Part shown: positions 20,364 through 30,585 of the stretch, in pieces
How positions within the stretch are numbered: position 1 is the stretch's first letter
Layout of the letters: each line of letters begins with the position of its first letter
Origin: Eubacteriales bacterium
GTDB lineage: Bacteria; Bacillota; Clostridia; Oscillospirales; JAAYXM01
NCBI GenBank assembly: GCA_045546975.1
Contig: JAZQDV010000010.1
Span: 405,544-469,543, forward strand
Length of the DNA stretch: 64,000 nucleotides
Direction: 5' to 3'
Position numbers and translations under genes: made by a program
Notes under the pieces: model-generated
Databases searched by the model: none
The model's input: the letters and a program-made list of their open reading frames with translations, nothing else
Told to the model about the DNA's origin: nothing

Positions 20364-21227
20364 ATGTGGATTGCAAAAAACTTTGATGATTATACTGTAA
20401 TTGACTGCGGAGACGGCGAAAAACTCGAGCGTTGGGGCGACTATTATCTTGTTCGACCCGAGCCGCAAGCCATATGGTCATCTCCCAGAACAAATCCGCA
20501 CTGGAAAAAGTACGACGCACTCTACTCACGCTCATCGACAGGTGGCGGTTCCTGGACCAATAAAACACTTCCGAGTTCCTGGCAGATATCGTATAAAGAC
20601 CTTAAGTTCAACTTAAAACCCATGAACTTCAAGCACACAGGTATTTTCCCAGAGCAAGCTTCGAACTGGGATTTTATAAGCGATATGATTTCAAATGCAG
20701 GAAGGCCCATAAACGTTCTTAACCTCTTTGCATACACCGGTGCCGCAACGATAGTTGCCGCAAAGGCAGGTGCATCTGTCTGTCATGTCGATGCCGCAAA
20801 AGGTATGGTTGCGTGGGCTCGTGAAAATGCCGCTTCTTCAGGTCTCTCCGATGCTCCCATCCGTTGGATTGTAGACGACTGTGCAAAGTTTGTGGAGCGC
20901 GAGATAAGACGCGGCAGAAAGTACGACGCTATTATCATGGACCCACCGTCTTACGGCAGAGGCCCCACAGGCGAAATCTGGAAGTTTGAAGAAAATATAT
21001 TTGATTTCATAAAGCTTTGCTCAGGCGTTCTCTCAGATGCTCCGCTCTTTGTTCTTATAAGCTCATACACGACGGGCGTTGCGCCGTCAGTATGTAAATA
21101 CATCGCCGACACTGTTTTCACTAAGCGTTACGGCGGCAAGGCAGAGTGTGACGAACTCGGCCTGAAGGTTTCTGAGACGGGTCTTATCCTTCCTGCAGGA
21201 AGTGCCACAAGGTGGTATACGATTTAA
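20364..21227 (+). CDS. Class I SAM-dependent methyltransferase (RlmI/RlmK-like)
   Basis: HTGIFPEQ, LNLFAYTG, HVDAAKGMV and DPPSYG. Confidence 0.85.
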   Translation: MWIAKNFDDYTVIDCGDGEKLERWGDYYLVRPEPQAIWSSPRTNPHWKKYDALYSRSSTGGGSWTNKTLPSSWQISYKDLKFNLKPMNFKHTGIFPEQASNWDFISDMISNAGRPINVLNLFAYTGAATIVAAKAGASVCHVDAAKGMVAWARENAASSGLSDAPIRWIVDDCAKFVEREIRRGRKYDAIIMDPPSYGRGPTGEIWKFEENIFDFIKLCSGVLSDAPLFVLISSYTTGVAPSVCKYIADTVFTKRYGGKAECDELGLKVSETGLILPAGSATRWYTI

Positions 21228-21245
21228 TTTTTTGAGGTTTTTTCA

Positions 21246-22091
21246 ATGGACAGTATCATCAAATCCGAAAAGCTGACCTTTCAGTACAATATCGACTCTG
21301 ACACCCCAAAAACAGCTTTATCCGAGGTTGACATCTCCGTTACTGCGGGAGAATTCCTTGTAATTCTCGGTCGCAACGGTTCAGGAAAGTCTTCCCTTGC
21401 AAAGCACTTTAACGCCGTTCTTCTCCCCTGCGGAGGTAAGGTTTATGTAGACGGTATGGATACCTCTGACGAAAACCTTCTTTACGAGATCAGGAAAACC
21501 TGCGGTATGGTTTTTCAAAACCCTGATAACCAGATAGTTGCAACCATTACCGAGGAAGATGTTGCTTTCGGTCCGGAAAACCTCGGCCTACCACGGGATG
21601 AAATTAAAGCACGTGTTGATGAATCACTCAGAACGGTAGGTATGTATGACTACCGCGACCACGCGCCTCACCTTCTCTCAGGCGGTCAGAAGCAACGCAT
21701 TGCCATTGCCGGTGTTATTGCTATGCAACCAAGATGCATAGTTCTCGACGAACCGACCTCTATGCTTGACCCTAAAGGCCGTCGCGATGTGCTGAACCTC
21801 ATTTACGACCTCAACAAAAAACACGGAATCACAATCGTCCTCATCACACATCATATGAACGAGGCAATAAACGCAGACCGCGTAATGGTCATGGATAACG
21901 GCAAGACAGTTCTCGAGGGCACACCAAAAGAGATTTTTACACAAACAGAAAAGCTCAGTTCTCTCGGACTCGCCGTTCCACAGACGGTCGAACTCCTCGA
22001 CTCTCTCAACAAAAACGGATTCAATTTGTCGCTTGATAAGTTGACCGTTGATGAATGTGTTGACGAAATTATAAAAGCTTTTAACATCTGA
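21246..22091 (+). CDS. ecfA1: ECF transporter ATPase A1
   Basis: [23 protein letters not shown] and LDEPT. Confidence 0.94.
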   Translation: MDSIIKSEKLTFQYNIDSDTPKTALSEVDISVTAGEFLVILGRNGSGKSSLAKHFNAVLLPCGGKVYVDGMDTSDENLLYEIRKTCGMVFQNPDNQIVATITEEDVAFGPENLGLPRDEIKARVDESLRTVGMYDYRDHAPHLLSGGQKQRIAIAGVIAMQPRCIVLDEPTSMLDPKGRRDVLNLIYDLNKKHGITIVLITHHMNEAINADRVMVMDNGKTVLEGTPKEIFTQTEKLSSLGLAVPQTVELLDSLNKNGFNLSLDKLTVDECVDEIIKAFNI

Positions 22092-22109
22092 CTCGGAGGG
22101 TACCATAAA

Positions 22110-22973
22110 TTGCAGACAGTAATGAGCATTCGCGGACTTTCTCACGTGTACAGTCCAAAGACACCTTTTGAATGTTCCGCAATAAAAAACATAAATCTTG
22201 ACATAAATGCCGCTGAAACACTCGGCATTATCGGTCATACGGGTTCAGGCAAATCAACGCTCATTTCCCACCTTAACGGTCTTATAAAGCCATCTTCGGG
22301 CGAAATATTATACGAAGGCGAAAATATCTTCAAATCCAAGGAATTCACCCACAACATTCGCTTCAAAGTCGGTGTTGTTCTTCAGTATCCTGAGTATCAG
22401 CTTTTTGAAGAAACAATATATGCAGATATTGCTTTTGGACCCCGCAATATGGGTCTTTCAAAAGAAGAAATTGACCTTCGCGTGCATGAAGCCTGCAAAT
22501 TCGCAGGCCTTGACGAGAAGCTTCTCAATTTCTCTCCTTTTGAGCTTTCCGGCGGCCAGAAGCGCCGAGTTGCAATCGCCGGTGTTATAGCAATGAAACC
22601 ACGTGTACTTATACTCGACGAGCCAACCGCAGGTCTTGACCCGTTAGGCCGCGACGACCTTTTACGGCAGCTCATGAAATATCGCAACTCTACAGGTGCT
22701 GCCATTGTTATAGTTTCTCACAGCATGGAGGATATCGCCTCTGTTTCCGATAAACTTCTTGTTATGTCAAAAGGCGAAGCTTTCATGTATGGTACACCAA
22801 GTGAAATCTTTTCACATTCAGAAGAGCTTCTCGCGGCAGGTCTTGACCTTCCGCAGATTACTCATGTCGCAAATAGGCTGAAGGAAAAAGGTATTAAGTT
22901 GTCGGATTCAATTTATACAGTCCGCGAGGCTGTTGCAGAATTAACAAAGCTCGGAGGTGTTTCAAATGATTAA
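22110..22973 (+). CDS. ecfA2: ECF transporter ATPase A2
   Basis: YSPKTPFE, GHTGSGKS, QYPEYQLFEE and SPFELSGGQKRR. Confidence 0.94.
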   Translation: MQTVMSIRGLSHVYSPKTPFECSAIKNINLDINAAETLGIIGHTGSGKSTLISHLNGLIKPSSGEILYEGENIFKSKEFTHNIRFKVGVVLQYPEYQLFEETIYADIAFGPRNMGLSKEEIDLRVHEACKFAGLDEKLLNFSPFELSGGQKRRVAIAGVIAMKPRVLILDEPTAGLDPLGRDDLLRQLMKYRNSTGAAIVIVSHSMEDIASVSDKLLVMSKGEAFMYGTPSEIFSHSEELLAAGLDLPQITHVANRLKEKGIKLSDSIYTVREAVAELTKLGGVSND

Positions 22974-23790
22974 AGACATCTCTCTCGGGCAGTTTTTTCC
23001 GGGAAACAGCGTTATCCACAAACTCGACCCCCGAATCAAGCTTATTGCAACAATTCTTTTTGTCGTAACACTCTTCCTTTGCCGCGGTTTTATTCCCTAC
23101 GCAATTATGACGTCTTTCCTCTTTACTTTGATTCTTCTCACAAAGATAAACATCGGGCTTATTTTCAAAAGCGTAAAGCCGATTATAATTCTCCTTGCCT
23201 TCACGGCAATCCTGAATGTCTTTTATACGACAAGCGGAACGGAGCTTATAAAAATAGGTTCTGTCGCAATAACAACCGGAGGTATTTATACCGCATTTTT
23301 CATGGCACTTCGTATCGTTCTTCTTGTTGTTGGCACATTTGTAATGCTCACATATACAACATCACCCATTATGCTCACAGACGCATTGGAATCTCTTCTT
23401 TCCCCGCTCAAGAAAATCAAATTTCCTGTCCATGAGCTTTCTATGATGATGTCTATCGCACTTCGTTTTATCCCTACACTCATAGAAGAAACCGACAAGA
23501 TTATGTCAGCGCAGAAATCGCGTGGTGCAGACTTTGAGACAGGAAGTATTATCCGCCGCGCCAAAGCTTTAATCCCTGTTCTTATCCCACTTTTCATCAA
23601 TGCCTTCAAGCGGGCTGAGGAATTGGCGCTTGCAATGGAATGCCGTTGCTATCGCGGTGGTGACGGTAGGGTCCGTATGCGTGTTTTCAAGCTTTTGCCA
23701 CAGGACTTTGCCTTTACTGTCATCACAATACTCATTTTCATTTTATCCGCATTTCTGTCATATACTTTGAAATTTGGTGCACCAATATGA
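22966..23790 (+). CDS. ecfT: ECF transporter transmembrane component T
   Basis: HKLDPRIK, IALRFIPTL, AQKSRG and AMECRCY. Confidence 0.94.
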   Translation: MIKDISLGQFFPGNSVIHKLDPRIKLIATILFVVTLFLCRGFIPYAIMTSFLFTLILLTKINIGLIFKSVKPIIILLAFTAILNVFYTTSGTELIKIGSVAITTGGIYTAFFMALRIVLLVVGTFVMLTYTTSPIMLTDALESLLSPLKKIKFPVHELSMMMSIALRFIPTLIEETDKIMSAQKSRGADFETGSIIRRAKALIPVLIPLFINAFKRAEELALAMECRCYRGGDGRVRMRVFKLLPQDFAFTVITILIFILSAFLSYTLKFGAPI

Positions 23791-24542
23791 AAAGGACTAT
23801 AGCTCTTGTTCTGTCGTATAGCGGAACAAATTATCACGGCTGGCAAACTCAGGCAAACTCCGAAAGTGTTCAGACAACTCTTTCAAATGCCGCGTCCTCA
23901 GTTTTCAACGAGGATATCAGAATCACCGGTTGCGGAAGAACGGATTCCGGAGTGCACGCAAAGATGTATATTGCAAGTCTTTCCACCTCCTCGAAAATTC
24001 CGCTTTCTCGCATCCCCTACGCTCTGAACTCCGTGCTCCCAAACGATATTTCAGTAAGCCGTGCCGTTGAGGTTTCAGGCGACTTTCACCCTGTACATTC
24101 CTGTACCCGGAAGGAATATACTTATTACATATATACAGGCGCCGTAAGAAACCCATTTCTTGAAAATCGCGCACTTCACTTTAAGTACAAAATGGATTTA
24201 GACGCCATGAAGGTTGCCGCAAAACATTTTGTTGGAACTCATGATTTTGCTTCAATGCGAACACTCGGAACACCTGTAAAATCAACTGTGCGCACAGTAT
24301 TCAACTGCGAAATAAATGAGGAAAGCGGAATCATAGCAATAACCGTTTCCGCAAACGGCTTTCTCTACAATATGGCACGGACAATTGTCGGCACACTTCT
24401 TGATGTTGCCACGGGGAAAATTTCTCCGGATGATATTCCTGCAATCCTCGAAAGCGGAGACAGGTCAAAAGCAGGAGCTACCGCACCCGCGCACGCTCTT
24501 TATATGACAAACGTTATTTACCCTTCCGAATTCGGACTGTAA
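23787..24542 (+). CDS. truA: tRNA pseudouridine(38-40) synthase
   Basis: YHGWQTQ, GRTDSGVHA, GTHDF and GFLYNMAR. Confidence 0.96.
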   Translation: MKRTIALVLSYSGTNYHGWQTQANSESVQTTLSNAASSVFNEDIRITGCGRTDSGVHAKMYIASLSTSSKIPLSRIPYALNSVLPNDISVSRAVEVSGDFHPVHSCTRKEYTYYIYTGAVRNPFLENRALHFKYKMDLDAMKVAAKHFVGTHDFASMRTLGTPVKSTVRTVFNCEINEESGIIAITVSANGFLYNMARTIVGTLLDVATGKISPDDIPAILESGDRSKAGATAPAHALYMTNVIYPSEFGL

Positions 24543-24564
24543 ACCAAAGAAAGGAGAACCTCAA

Positions 24565-25710
24565 ATGGCTAAAAAAACAAGAAAAAAGCAAAAACGTCTT
24601 TCAGGCCGTTTTGCAATATTTTTTACTGTTCTCCTCTTTGTTTGTACTATAATTTTCTTCAATAACAGGTTTGCTGCAGGCTCACTCAAGCGTATGGCTT
24701 ACTGGATATTCAACGGAGTCCGCGCAGATGCAACGGAAACCACCGTAAATTTTGACGCAAACGAATATAACCGTTTCTTCCTGCTCGGTGGAAACCTTTG
24801 TGTTCTCTCCCCCGAAAAGTTTTCTTCTTATACTTTCTCGGGCTCCAACAACTTTTCAGAACAAGTACTTCTTCGAAACCCGGCTGTCAGCCATGGCAGT
24901 TCAAGATTTATTGCCTATGATCCGGGCGGGCTCAACTACTATGTTTTTACGAAAAATAAGCTTCTGCACACCGGAACCAGCGATTCAAAAATAATTTCCG
25001 CAAATATGACAGAATCAGGAAATTTTGCCATTGTAACAGACGGCGAGGATACAAAGAATATAGCGACACTCTACAACACATCCTTTGAGCCGATCTTTAA
25101 GTTCCATTCTTCAGAAAAGCACGTTTTTGATGCTGCGGCTTCCCCTTCCGGAAAAATAGCTGCAATAATTACATACGGTGCAACTGACGGCCGTTTTGAG
25201 AGTTTCCTTTCACTTTGCAAAACAAATTCGGACAGCTTTTATTCCACAGTCTCATTAGGAAACTCAACACCCTTAAAGCTTGTTTTCTATTCGGATAACA
25301 ACATACTTGTTATTTGCAACGATAAAACAATCATATATGACGAGAGTGGCGCAGTTCTTTCCGAAATTTCGCACGAAAACTTGCCGGTAAAAGCTTTTTC
25401 CGTCTCAGCGAAAAAAAATATTTCTATTCTTCTTGACAACTACCAGAACGGCGGAAATTCAAAGGTACTCTTTATTAGAAACAAAGGAAAACTTTTGGAT
25501 GAGCTTGAGTTTGATGAGGATATTTTCTCAATCTCTGCCTCCGACAACTACACTGCGCTCCAGTTTTCAAACCGTTGTGTTGTTTACAAAAGCGACCTTA
25601 CCGTTCTTTCTGAATTCGAAATCCCCACCTCAATTTCTCGTTGCCTTGTAAACAAAGACGGTTCCGTTCTCTCAATCGGTAATAATTTTGCAACACTCTA
25701 TGTAGAATAA
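24565..25710 (+). CDS. Membrane-anchored beta-propeller-like protein (DUF5711-like)
   Basis: Basic N-terminus, one TM, then about 330 aa of repeating beta-strand pattern. Family assigned by recognition and by context next to cvpA. Confidence 0.65.
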   Translation: MAKKTRKKQKRLSGRFAIFFTVLLFVCTIIFFNNRFAAGSLKRMAYWIFNGVRADATETTVNFDANEYNRFFLLGGNLCVLSPEKFSSYTFSGSNNFSEQVLLRNPAVSHGSSRFIAYDPGGLNYYVFTKNKLLHTGTSDSKIISANMTESGNFAIVTDGEDTKNIATLYNTSFEPIFKFHSSEKHVFDAAASPSGKIAAIITYGATDGRFESFLSLCKTNSDSFYSTVSLGNSTPLKLVFYSDNNILVICNDKTIIYDESGAVLSEISHENLPVKAFSVSAKKNISILLDNYQNGGNSKVLFIRNKGKLLDELEFDEDIFSISASDNYTALQFSNRCVVYKSDLTVLSEFEIPTSISRCLVNKDGSVLSIGNNFATLYVE

Positions 25711-25728
25711 ATCGGAGGTGACAACACC

Positions 25729-26397
25729 GTGAAGATTCCCATATACATTATCGCCGACATCGCGGCGGTTGCTGTTTTGCTTTTCTTCATTTTCAGAGGC
25801 AGAAAAAGCGGATTTATCAAAACACTTTCGGGAATCGTTTCCCTTTTTCTTGCATTTTCTCTCGCAGGAACTCTTGCAAAAACAACCGCACCGTATATCT
25901 CTGAAGCCTATGTAGCTCCGTACATCAACGAACAGATAGCCGAAGCTCCCACGGAAAAAGAATCTGAAAACACAGACACAACAGATTCGGTTGCCGCTCC
26001 GTTCGTAAACCTCGGTATTCCTGAGGGGATTGTAACCGATGCTATTTCCGATATTACGGAAAACATTTCAAAAAGCTTTTACGAGACAACAAAACTCATT
26101 ACAAACACAGTGGCATTCAAGCTAACCTATGCTGTTTTGTTTCTTATCTATTTTATCCTCTTGCGAATTCTGCTGCTTCTTCTTTTTAGGCTCCTTAATC
26201 TTACGACCCGTCTTCCGGGATTAAATTTTATAAACAAGACTCTCGGCCTTATTTTAGGTGCAGTTTTGGGTTATCTTATTGTTATAGTCTTTTCGTACAC
26301 ACTTACAAAGCTTGGCATTTTCCTTACCGAAGGAATCATTAACGATACATTTATCCTTAAACACTTAATTTCCGTTTTTCCGTTTGCTCTTATTTAA
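25729..26397 (+). CDS. CvpA (colicin V production) family membrane protein
   Basis: DI...GRKSGFIK near the N-terminus and INKTLGLILGAVLG near the C-terminus. Confidence 0.8.
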   Translation: MKIPIYIIADIAAVAVLLFFIFRGRKSGFIKTLSGIVSLFLAFSLAGTLAKTTAPYISEAYVAPYINEQIAEAPTEKESENTDTTDSVAAPFVNLGIPEGIVTDAISDITENISKSFYETTKLITNTVAFKLTYAVLFLIYFILLRILLLLLFRLLNLTTRLPGLNFINKTLGLILGAVLGYLIVIVFSYTLTKLGIFLTEGIINDTFILKHLISVFPFALI

Positions 26398-26441
26398 TAC
26401 GCAAATGAAATTCAATTCTTTTTTACAAGGAAGTATGAATT

Positions 26442-27011
26442 ATGAATATACCTAATCTATTATCAATTTTTAGAATGTGTCTTGTTCCGGTATTTATCAT
26501 TGCGTTCTTCTCAGGAACAGAAAACGCACACATCTATGCTGCCATTATTTACGGCATTGCAGGTATTACCGACGTACTGGACGGCATAATTGCACGAAAA
26601 TTCAATTTAATAACAAGACTCGGCAAAATACTCGATCCCCTTGCTGATAAAATGATGACCATAACGGTTTTTGTATGCATTACCATTGACGGTCTTATCC
26701 CCTGGTGGAGCATTGCACTGATTTTTGCAAAGGACTTTCTTCTTGTTCTTGGCGGATTTAAGCTCTACCGTGAAATATCAGTTGTTTTTCAATCCAATAT
26801 ACTCGGCAAGATGGCAACTGTATTTCTCGTAACCGGTGGCGTTCTTATTCTCTTATTTGAAAACCTCATCCCTGATATATTCAAAACAGTCTTTGCATAT
26901 ATCGCCGTGTTTATTTCTTTTCTTGCATTCTTCAGCTATCTCTATCAGTATTGTAAATTCAAGCAAGAAAAGAAAGATTCGACAATTACTATTCAAAAGG
27001 ACGGTATCTAA
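26442..27011 (+). CDS. pgsA: CDP-alcohol phosphatidyltransferase (PgsA-like)
   Basis: MNIPNLLS and the DVLDGIIARKFNLITRLGKILDPLADK signature. Confidence 0.85.
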   Translation: MNIPNLLSIFRMCLVPVFIIAFFSGTENAHIYAAIIYGIAGITDVLDGIIARKFNLITRLGKILDPLADKMMTITVFVCITIDGLIPWWSIALIFAKDFLLVLGGFKLYREISVVFQSNILGKMATVFLVTGGVLILLFENLIPDIFKTVFAYIAVFISFLAFFSYLYQYCKFKQEKKDSTITIQKDGI

Positions 27012-27013
27012 CT

Positions 27014-29311
27014 ATGCAACCTACGTTATGCAGCAGATGCAAAAAGAATATTGCTGTTATATTTATCACTAAGATGGAAAACGACAACTCCGTAAGCGAG
27101 GGAATTTGCCTCAAGTGTGCAAAAGAACTTGGAATTAAGCCCGTTGACGATTTTATGAAAAAGATGGGAATAACTGACGAGGATCTTGAAAATATCACAA
27201 ACGAAACAATGGAAATGCTCGGCGACATGAATATGGAAGAAATTTCAGGACTCATGTCCGGAGATGCAGACGACGATAACGATGGCAAAACCGCCACATT
27301 TCCCTTCTTAAATAAACTTTTTGGTGGGCCTCAGGCATCGGGCGAATCTACCCCTGTGCCTTCTGAGTCTCACGATGAAAAGGGCACTGAAAAAAAAGCA
27401 ACAAAATACAAATTCCTTGATAATTTCTGCATTTCGCTTACCAACAAAGCAAAAGAAGGAAAGCTTGATAATATCGTGGGTCGCGAAACTGAAATCGAGC
27501 GCGTGATCCAAATCTTAAACCGCCGCCAGAAGAACAACCCATGTCTTATCGGTGAACCCGGCGTCGGCAAAACCGCAATCGCAGAAGGCCTTGCAGTAAA
27601 AACAGCTGCAGGAGATGTGCCCTCAAAGCTGATCGACAAGGAAATATTTTTACTCGACCTCACCTCTCTTGTTGCGGGAACACAGTTCAGAGGACAGTTT
27701 GAGAGTCGAATGAAGGGATTAATTGACGATATAAAGAAAAAAGGCAACGTAATACTTGTAATCGATGAGGTCCACAACCTCGTGGGTGCAGGCGATGCCG
27801 AAGGCTCCATGAACGCCGCAAACATACTGAAGCCTGCCCTTTCCAGAGGCGAGATACAAGTAATCGGTGCCACAACCTTTGCCGAATACAGAAAGCATAT
27901 TGAAAAGGACAGTGCGCTTGAACGCCGTTTCCAGACGGTTATTGTAAACGAACCATCAATCGATGAGACCGTTGAAATAATCCGTGGTATTGCTCATTAC
28001 TACGAAACCTTCCATGGTGTTCGTATCAGTGATGAAATTGCACGTCTTTCCGTAATTCTTTCAGAACGCTATATCACAGACAGATTTTTGCCCGACAAGG
28101 CGATAGATCTTATCGACGAGGCATGCTCTGACCTCAACTTAAAGAGCAAGAATATAACGGAGCTTGTTTCTCTCAAAAAGAGACTCGAGCTAATCGGAAA
28201 CGAGCGCGAAGCACTTACCTCCGACACATCAGAGGAAGCTTTCGAGCGTTTGGCACTCCTTAAAAGTGAAGAATGCAAACTCCTCGACCGCAAGACGGAA
28301 CTTGAAAAAGAGCCGACTCCCGAGCTTTCTGCAGAACATCTTGCGCGTGTTATTGAGCTCTGGACTAAAATCCCCGCTTCCGCTATACAGGAAACTGAAT
28401 TCAAAAAGCTTTCAAACCTTGACTCAAGACTCAAGACGCGAATCATCGGTCAGGACAAGGCAGTTGAGGCAGTTGTTCGTGCAATAAAACGCAATCGTGT
28501 TGGTATTTCCCCGAAGAAAAAGCCGGTTTCATTCTTGTTTACCGGCTCCACGGGTGTCGGAAAAACCGAACTTGTAAAGCGTCTCGCTTCAGAGCTTTTC
28601 AATTCACCCGAATCACTCATTCGTCTTGATATGTCCGAGTTCATGGAAAAGCACGCCGTATCGAAGCTCATCGGCGCTCCTCCCGGATATGTTGGATATG
28701 ATGAAGCAGGTCAGTTGACCGAGAAAATCCGCAGAAAACCCTATTCCGTAGTACTTTTCGATGAGATTGAAAAGTCGCATCCCGACGTTCTCAATATTCT
28801 TCTCCAGATTCTTGACGACGGAAGGATCACTGATTCGCAGGGCCGTGAAATCAATTTCGAAAACGCGGTAATTGTTATGACCTCAAACGCAGGAAGTCAC
28901 CTCAAGGGCGGTACAGCAGGCTTTAACCAGACTGTTACGGAGCAGACTGCAGAGCGCACCATGAAGGCACTTTCAGACTTCCTTCGACCCGAGTTCTTGA
29001 ACAGAATTGACGAGATAATCCCCTTTAATTCCCTTACAAAAGAGAATTTTAGAGAAATTGCAAAGATTATGCTTTCCGACCTTTCTGCTTCCCTTTCTGA
29101 AAAGAACATTAAATTTGAGTACGACGACAGTCTTCTTGATTACCTTTCAGAAAAGTCCTTCTCCGAAAAGTATGGTGCAAGAAACCTCAGAAGAACTATA
29201 CAGAAAGAACTTGAAGATTTGATTGCAACGCTTCTTATCGAGAACTACGAAAAGAAGATAACAAGAATTTCCGTATCCTCTGACGATAAGATAAATATCG
29301 AAATATTTTAA
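27014..29311 (+). CDS. Class 1 Clp ATPase with N-terminal Zn finger (ClpE/ClpC-like)
   Basis: CSRC...CLKC N-terminus; two AAA+ modules (GEPGVGKT/IDEVH and GSTGVGKT/FDEIEK); GAPPGYVGY; AGF ClpP-docking-like loop. Confidence 0.92.
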   Translation: MQPTLCSRCKKNIAVIFITKMENDNSVSEGICLKCAKELGIKPVDDFMKKMGITDEDLENITNETMEMLGDMNMEEISGLMSGDADDDNDGKTATFPFLNKLFGGPQASGESTPVPSESHDEKGTEKKATKYKFLDNFCISLTNKAKEGKLDNIVGRETEIERVIQILNRRQKNNPCLIGEPGVGKTAIAEGLAVKTAAGDVPSKLIDKEIFLLDLTSLVAGTQFRGQFESRMKGLIDDIKKKGNVILVIDEVHNLVGAGDAEGSMNAANILKPALSRGEIQVIGATTFAEYRKHIEKDSALERRFQTVIVNEPSIDETVEIIRGIAHYYETFHGVRISDEIARLSVILSERYITDRFLPDKAIDLIDEACSDLNLKSKNITELVSLKKRLELIGNEREALTSDTSEEAFERLALLKSEECKLLDRKTELEKEPTPELSAEHLARVIELWTKIPASAIQETEFKKLSNLDSRLKTRIIGQDKAVEAVVRAIKRNRVGISPKKKPVSFLFTGSTGVGKTELVKRLASELFNSPESLIRLDMSEFMEKHAVSKLIGAPPGYVGYDEAGQLTEKIRRKPYSVVLFDEIEKSHPDVLNILLQILDDGRITDSQGREINFENAVIVMTSNAGSHLKGGTAGFNQTVTEQTAERTMKALSDFLRPEFLNRIDEIIPFNSLTKENFREIAKIMLSDLSASLSEKNIKFEYDDSLLDYLSEKSFSEKYGARNLRRTIQKELEDLIATLLIENYEKKITRISVSSDDKINIEIF

Positions 29312-29330
29312 GAAAGACGTTTGATATCCT

Positions 29331-29669
29331 ATGAATATTCAGATTTACGGCTCGAAAAGCTGCTTTGACACTAAGAAAGCCGAAAGGTATTTCAAAGAAC
29401 GAAGAATTAAATTCCAGCTCATTGATCTTCCGCGCTTCGGTCTCTCCCCTCGTGAGTTTGAACTTGTAAAATCAAAAGTGGGTTTAGACGCTATGATTAA
29501 TAAGAAGGCAAAGGGATATGAGTCAAGCTTTATTGAGTATCTTGCAGATGATAGCGCAAAGGCAGAAAAGCTTATGGAAAACCCCAATCTCATCTCAACT
29601 CCGATCGTCCGCAACGGAAAGGATATAACCATAGGGTTTATGCCTGATATCTGGAAAACCTGGGAATAA
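29331..29669 (+). CDS. ArsC/Spx/YffB family protein
   Basis: IYG..SCFDTKKAERYFKE and ENPNLISTPIV; 112 aa. Confidence 0.85.
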   Translation: MNIQIYGSKSCFDTKKAERYFKERRIKFQLIDLPRFGLSPREFELVKSKVGLDAMINKKAKGYESSFIEYLADDSAKAEKLMENPNLISTPIVRNGKDITIGFMPDIWKTWE

Positions 29670-29725
29670 ACTATTAGCTATCCCTTCCGGGATAGCTAAA
29701 ATACTTATGAAACGGAACTTTATGT

Positions 29726-30544
29726 ATGAAAGTAAGCTGCTTTATATTCGACCTTGACGGCACCCTTTTAACCTCCGAAAACAAAATTTCAGAGGTCGAC
29801 AAGAACACCTTGAAAAAAGTCAGCGAAAGCGGAATCAAGGTAGTCGTTGCAACAGGAAGGTCACACCTGCAAATAAAGGAATATATACACGACTTGGGAG
29901 TTTCAGACCCCGTTATAACCTGCAACGGCGGTCAGATAATCAATATTGTTACAGGCGAAATCATTTACAGGAAATTTATCTCTCCCGATGACGTAAAGGC
30001 TATTATTGATACCTCCGCAAAAGACGGTACGGATTTTCTTTTCTATACTCCTGACTGTGTATACCACGCATATTCAAGTGAGCGGATTAAGTTTTTCCTT
30101 GAATATAACAAAACTGCGCCAAAAGAGTTTCATGTTCCTATTAAGCCCGCTTCTGAATATCCCATTTCCGAAGGATATAACAACGTGCTTAAAATTTTAA
30201 TCCATGACAAAACCGAGAAAATTCCGCAAATTGAGGAAATGTTTAATAAAAACGGTACCCTTACAATCGTTTCGTCCGGCAAAAATCTCATTGATGTTAT
30301 GCCCGCCGACACGACAAAAGGCAGTGCTGTTATCGAACTTGCAAAGCACCTGCACGTGCCGATTTCTGAAGTGGTGGCCTTTGGAGACAGCCCGAACGAT
30401 GAAACAATGCTCCGTGCTGCAGGCTTTTCCGTCGCGATGGGAAATGCTGAAAACTCCGTAAAGGAGATTTGCAACTACATAACAAAGTCAAATGATGAGT
30501 TCGGAATCACTCATGCAATAAATCACATATTGAACGAAATATAA
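29726..30544 (+). CDS. Cof-type HAD-IIB hydrolase
   Basis: DLDGTLL, ATGR, CNGG, TKG, FGDSPND and AMGNA. Confidence 0.93.
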   Translation: MKVSCFIFDLDGTLLTSENKISEVDKNTLKKVSESGIKVVVATGRSHLQIKEYIHDLGVSDPVITCNGGQIINIVTGEIIYRKFISPDDVKAIIDTSAKDGTDFLFYTPDCVYHAYSSERIKFFLEYNKTAPKEFHVPIKPASEYPISEGYNNVLKILIHDKTEKIPQIEEMFNKNGTLTIVSSGKNLIDVMPADTTKGSAVIELAKHLHVPISEVVAFGDSPNDETMLRAAGFSVAMGNAENSVKEICNYITKSNDEFGITHAINHILNEI

Positions 30545-30575
30545 AAAAGCCAAGGTGAAATTCACCTTGGCTTTT
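30543..30575. terminator. Bidirectional intrinsic terminator
   Basis: AAAAGCCAAGGTGAAATTCACCTTGGCTTTT palindrome between convergent genes. Confidence 0.88.
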
Positions 30576-30585
30576 ATCTTTTTAA

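Noticed and set aside
29674-29699. Perfect 11-bp hairpin between the arsC-like and HAD genes
   Set aside because: No U-tract on the coding strand; probably an ordinary mRNA stabiliser or weak terminator.
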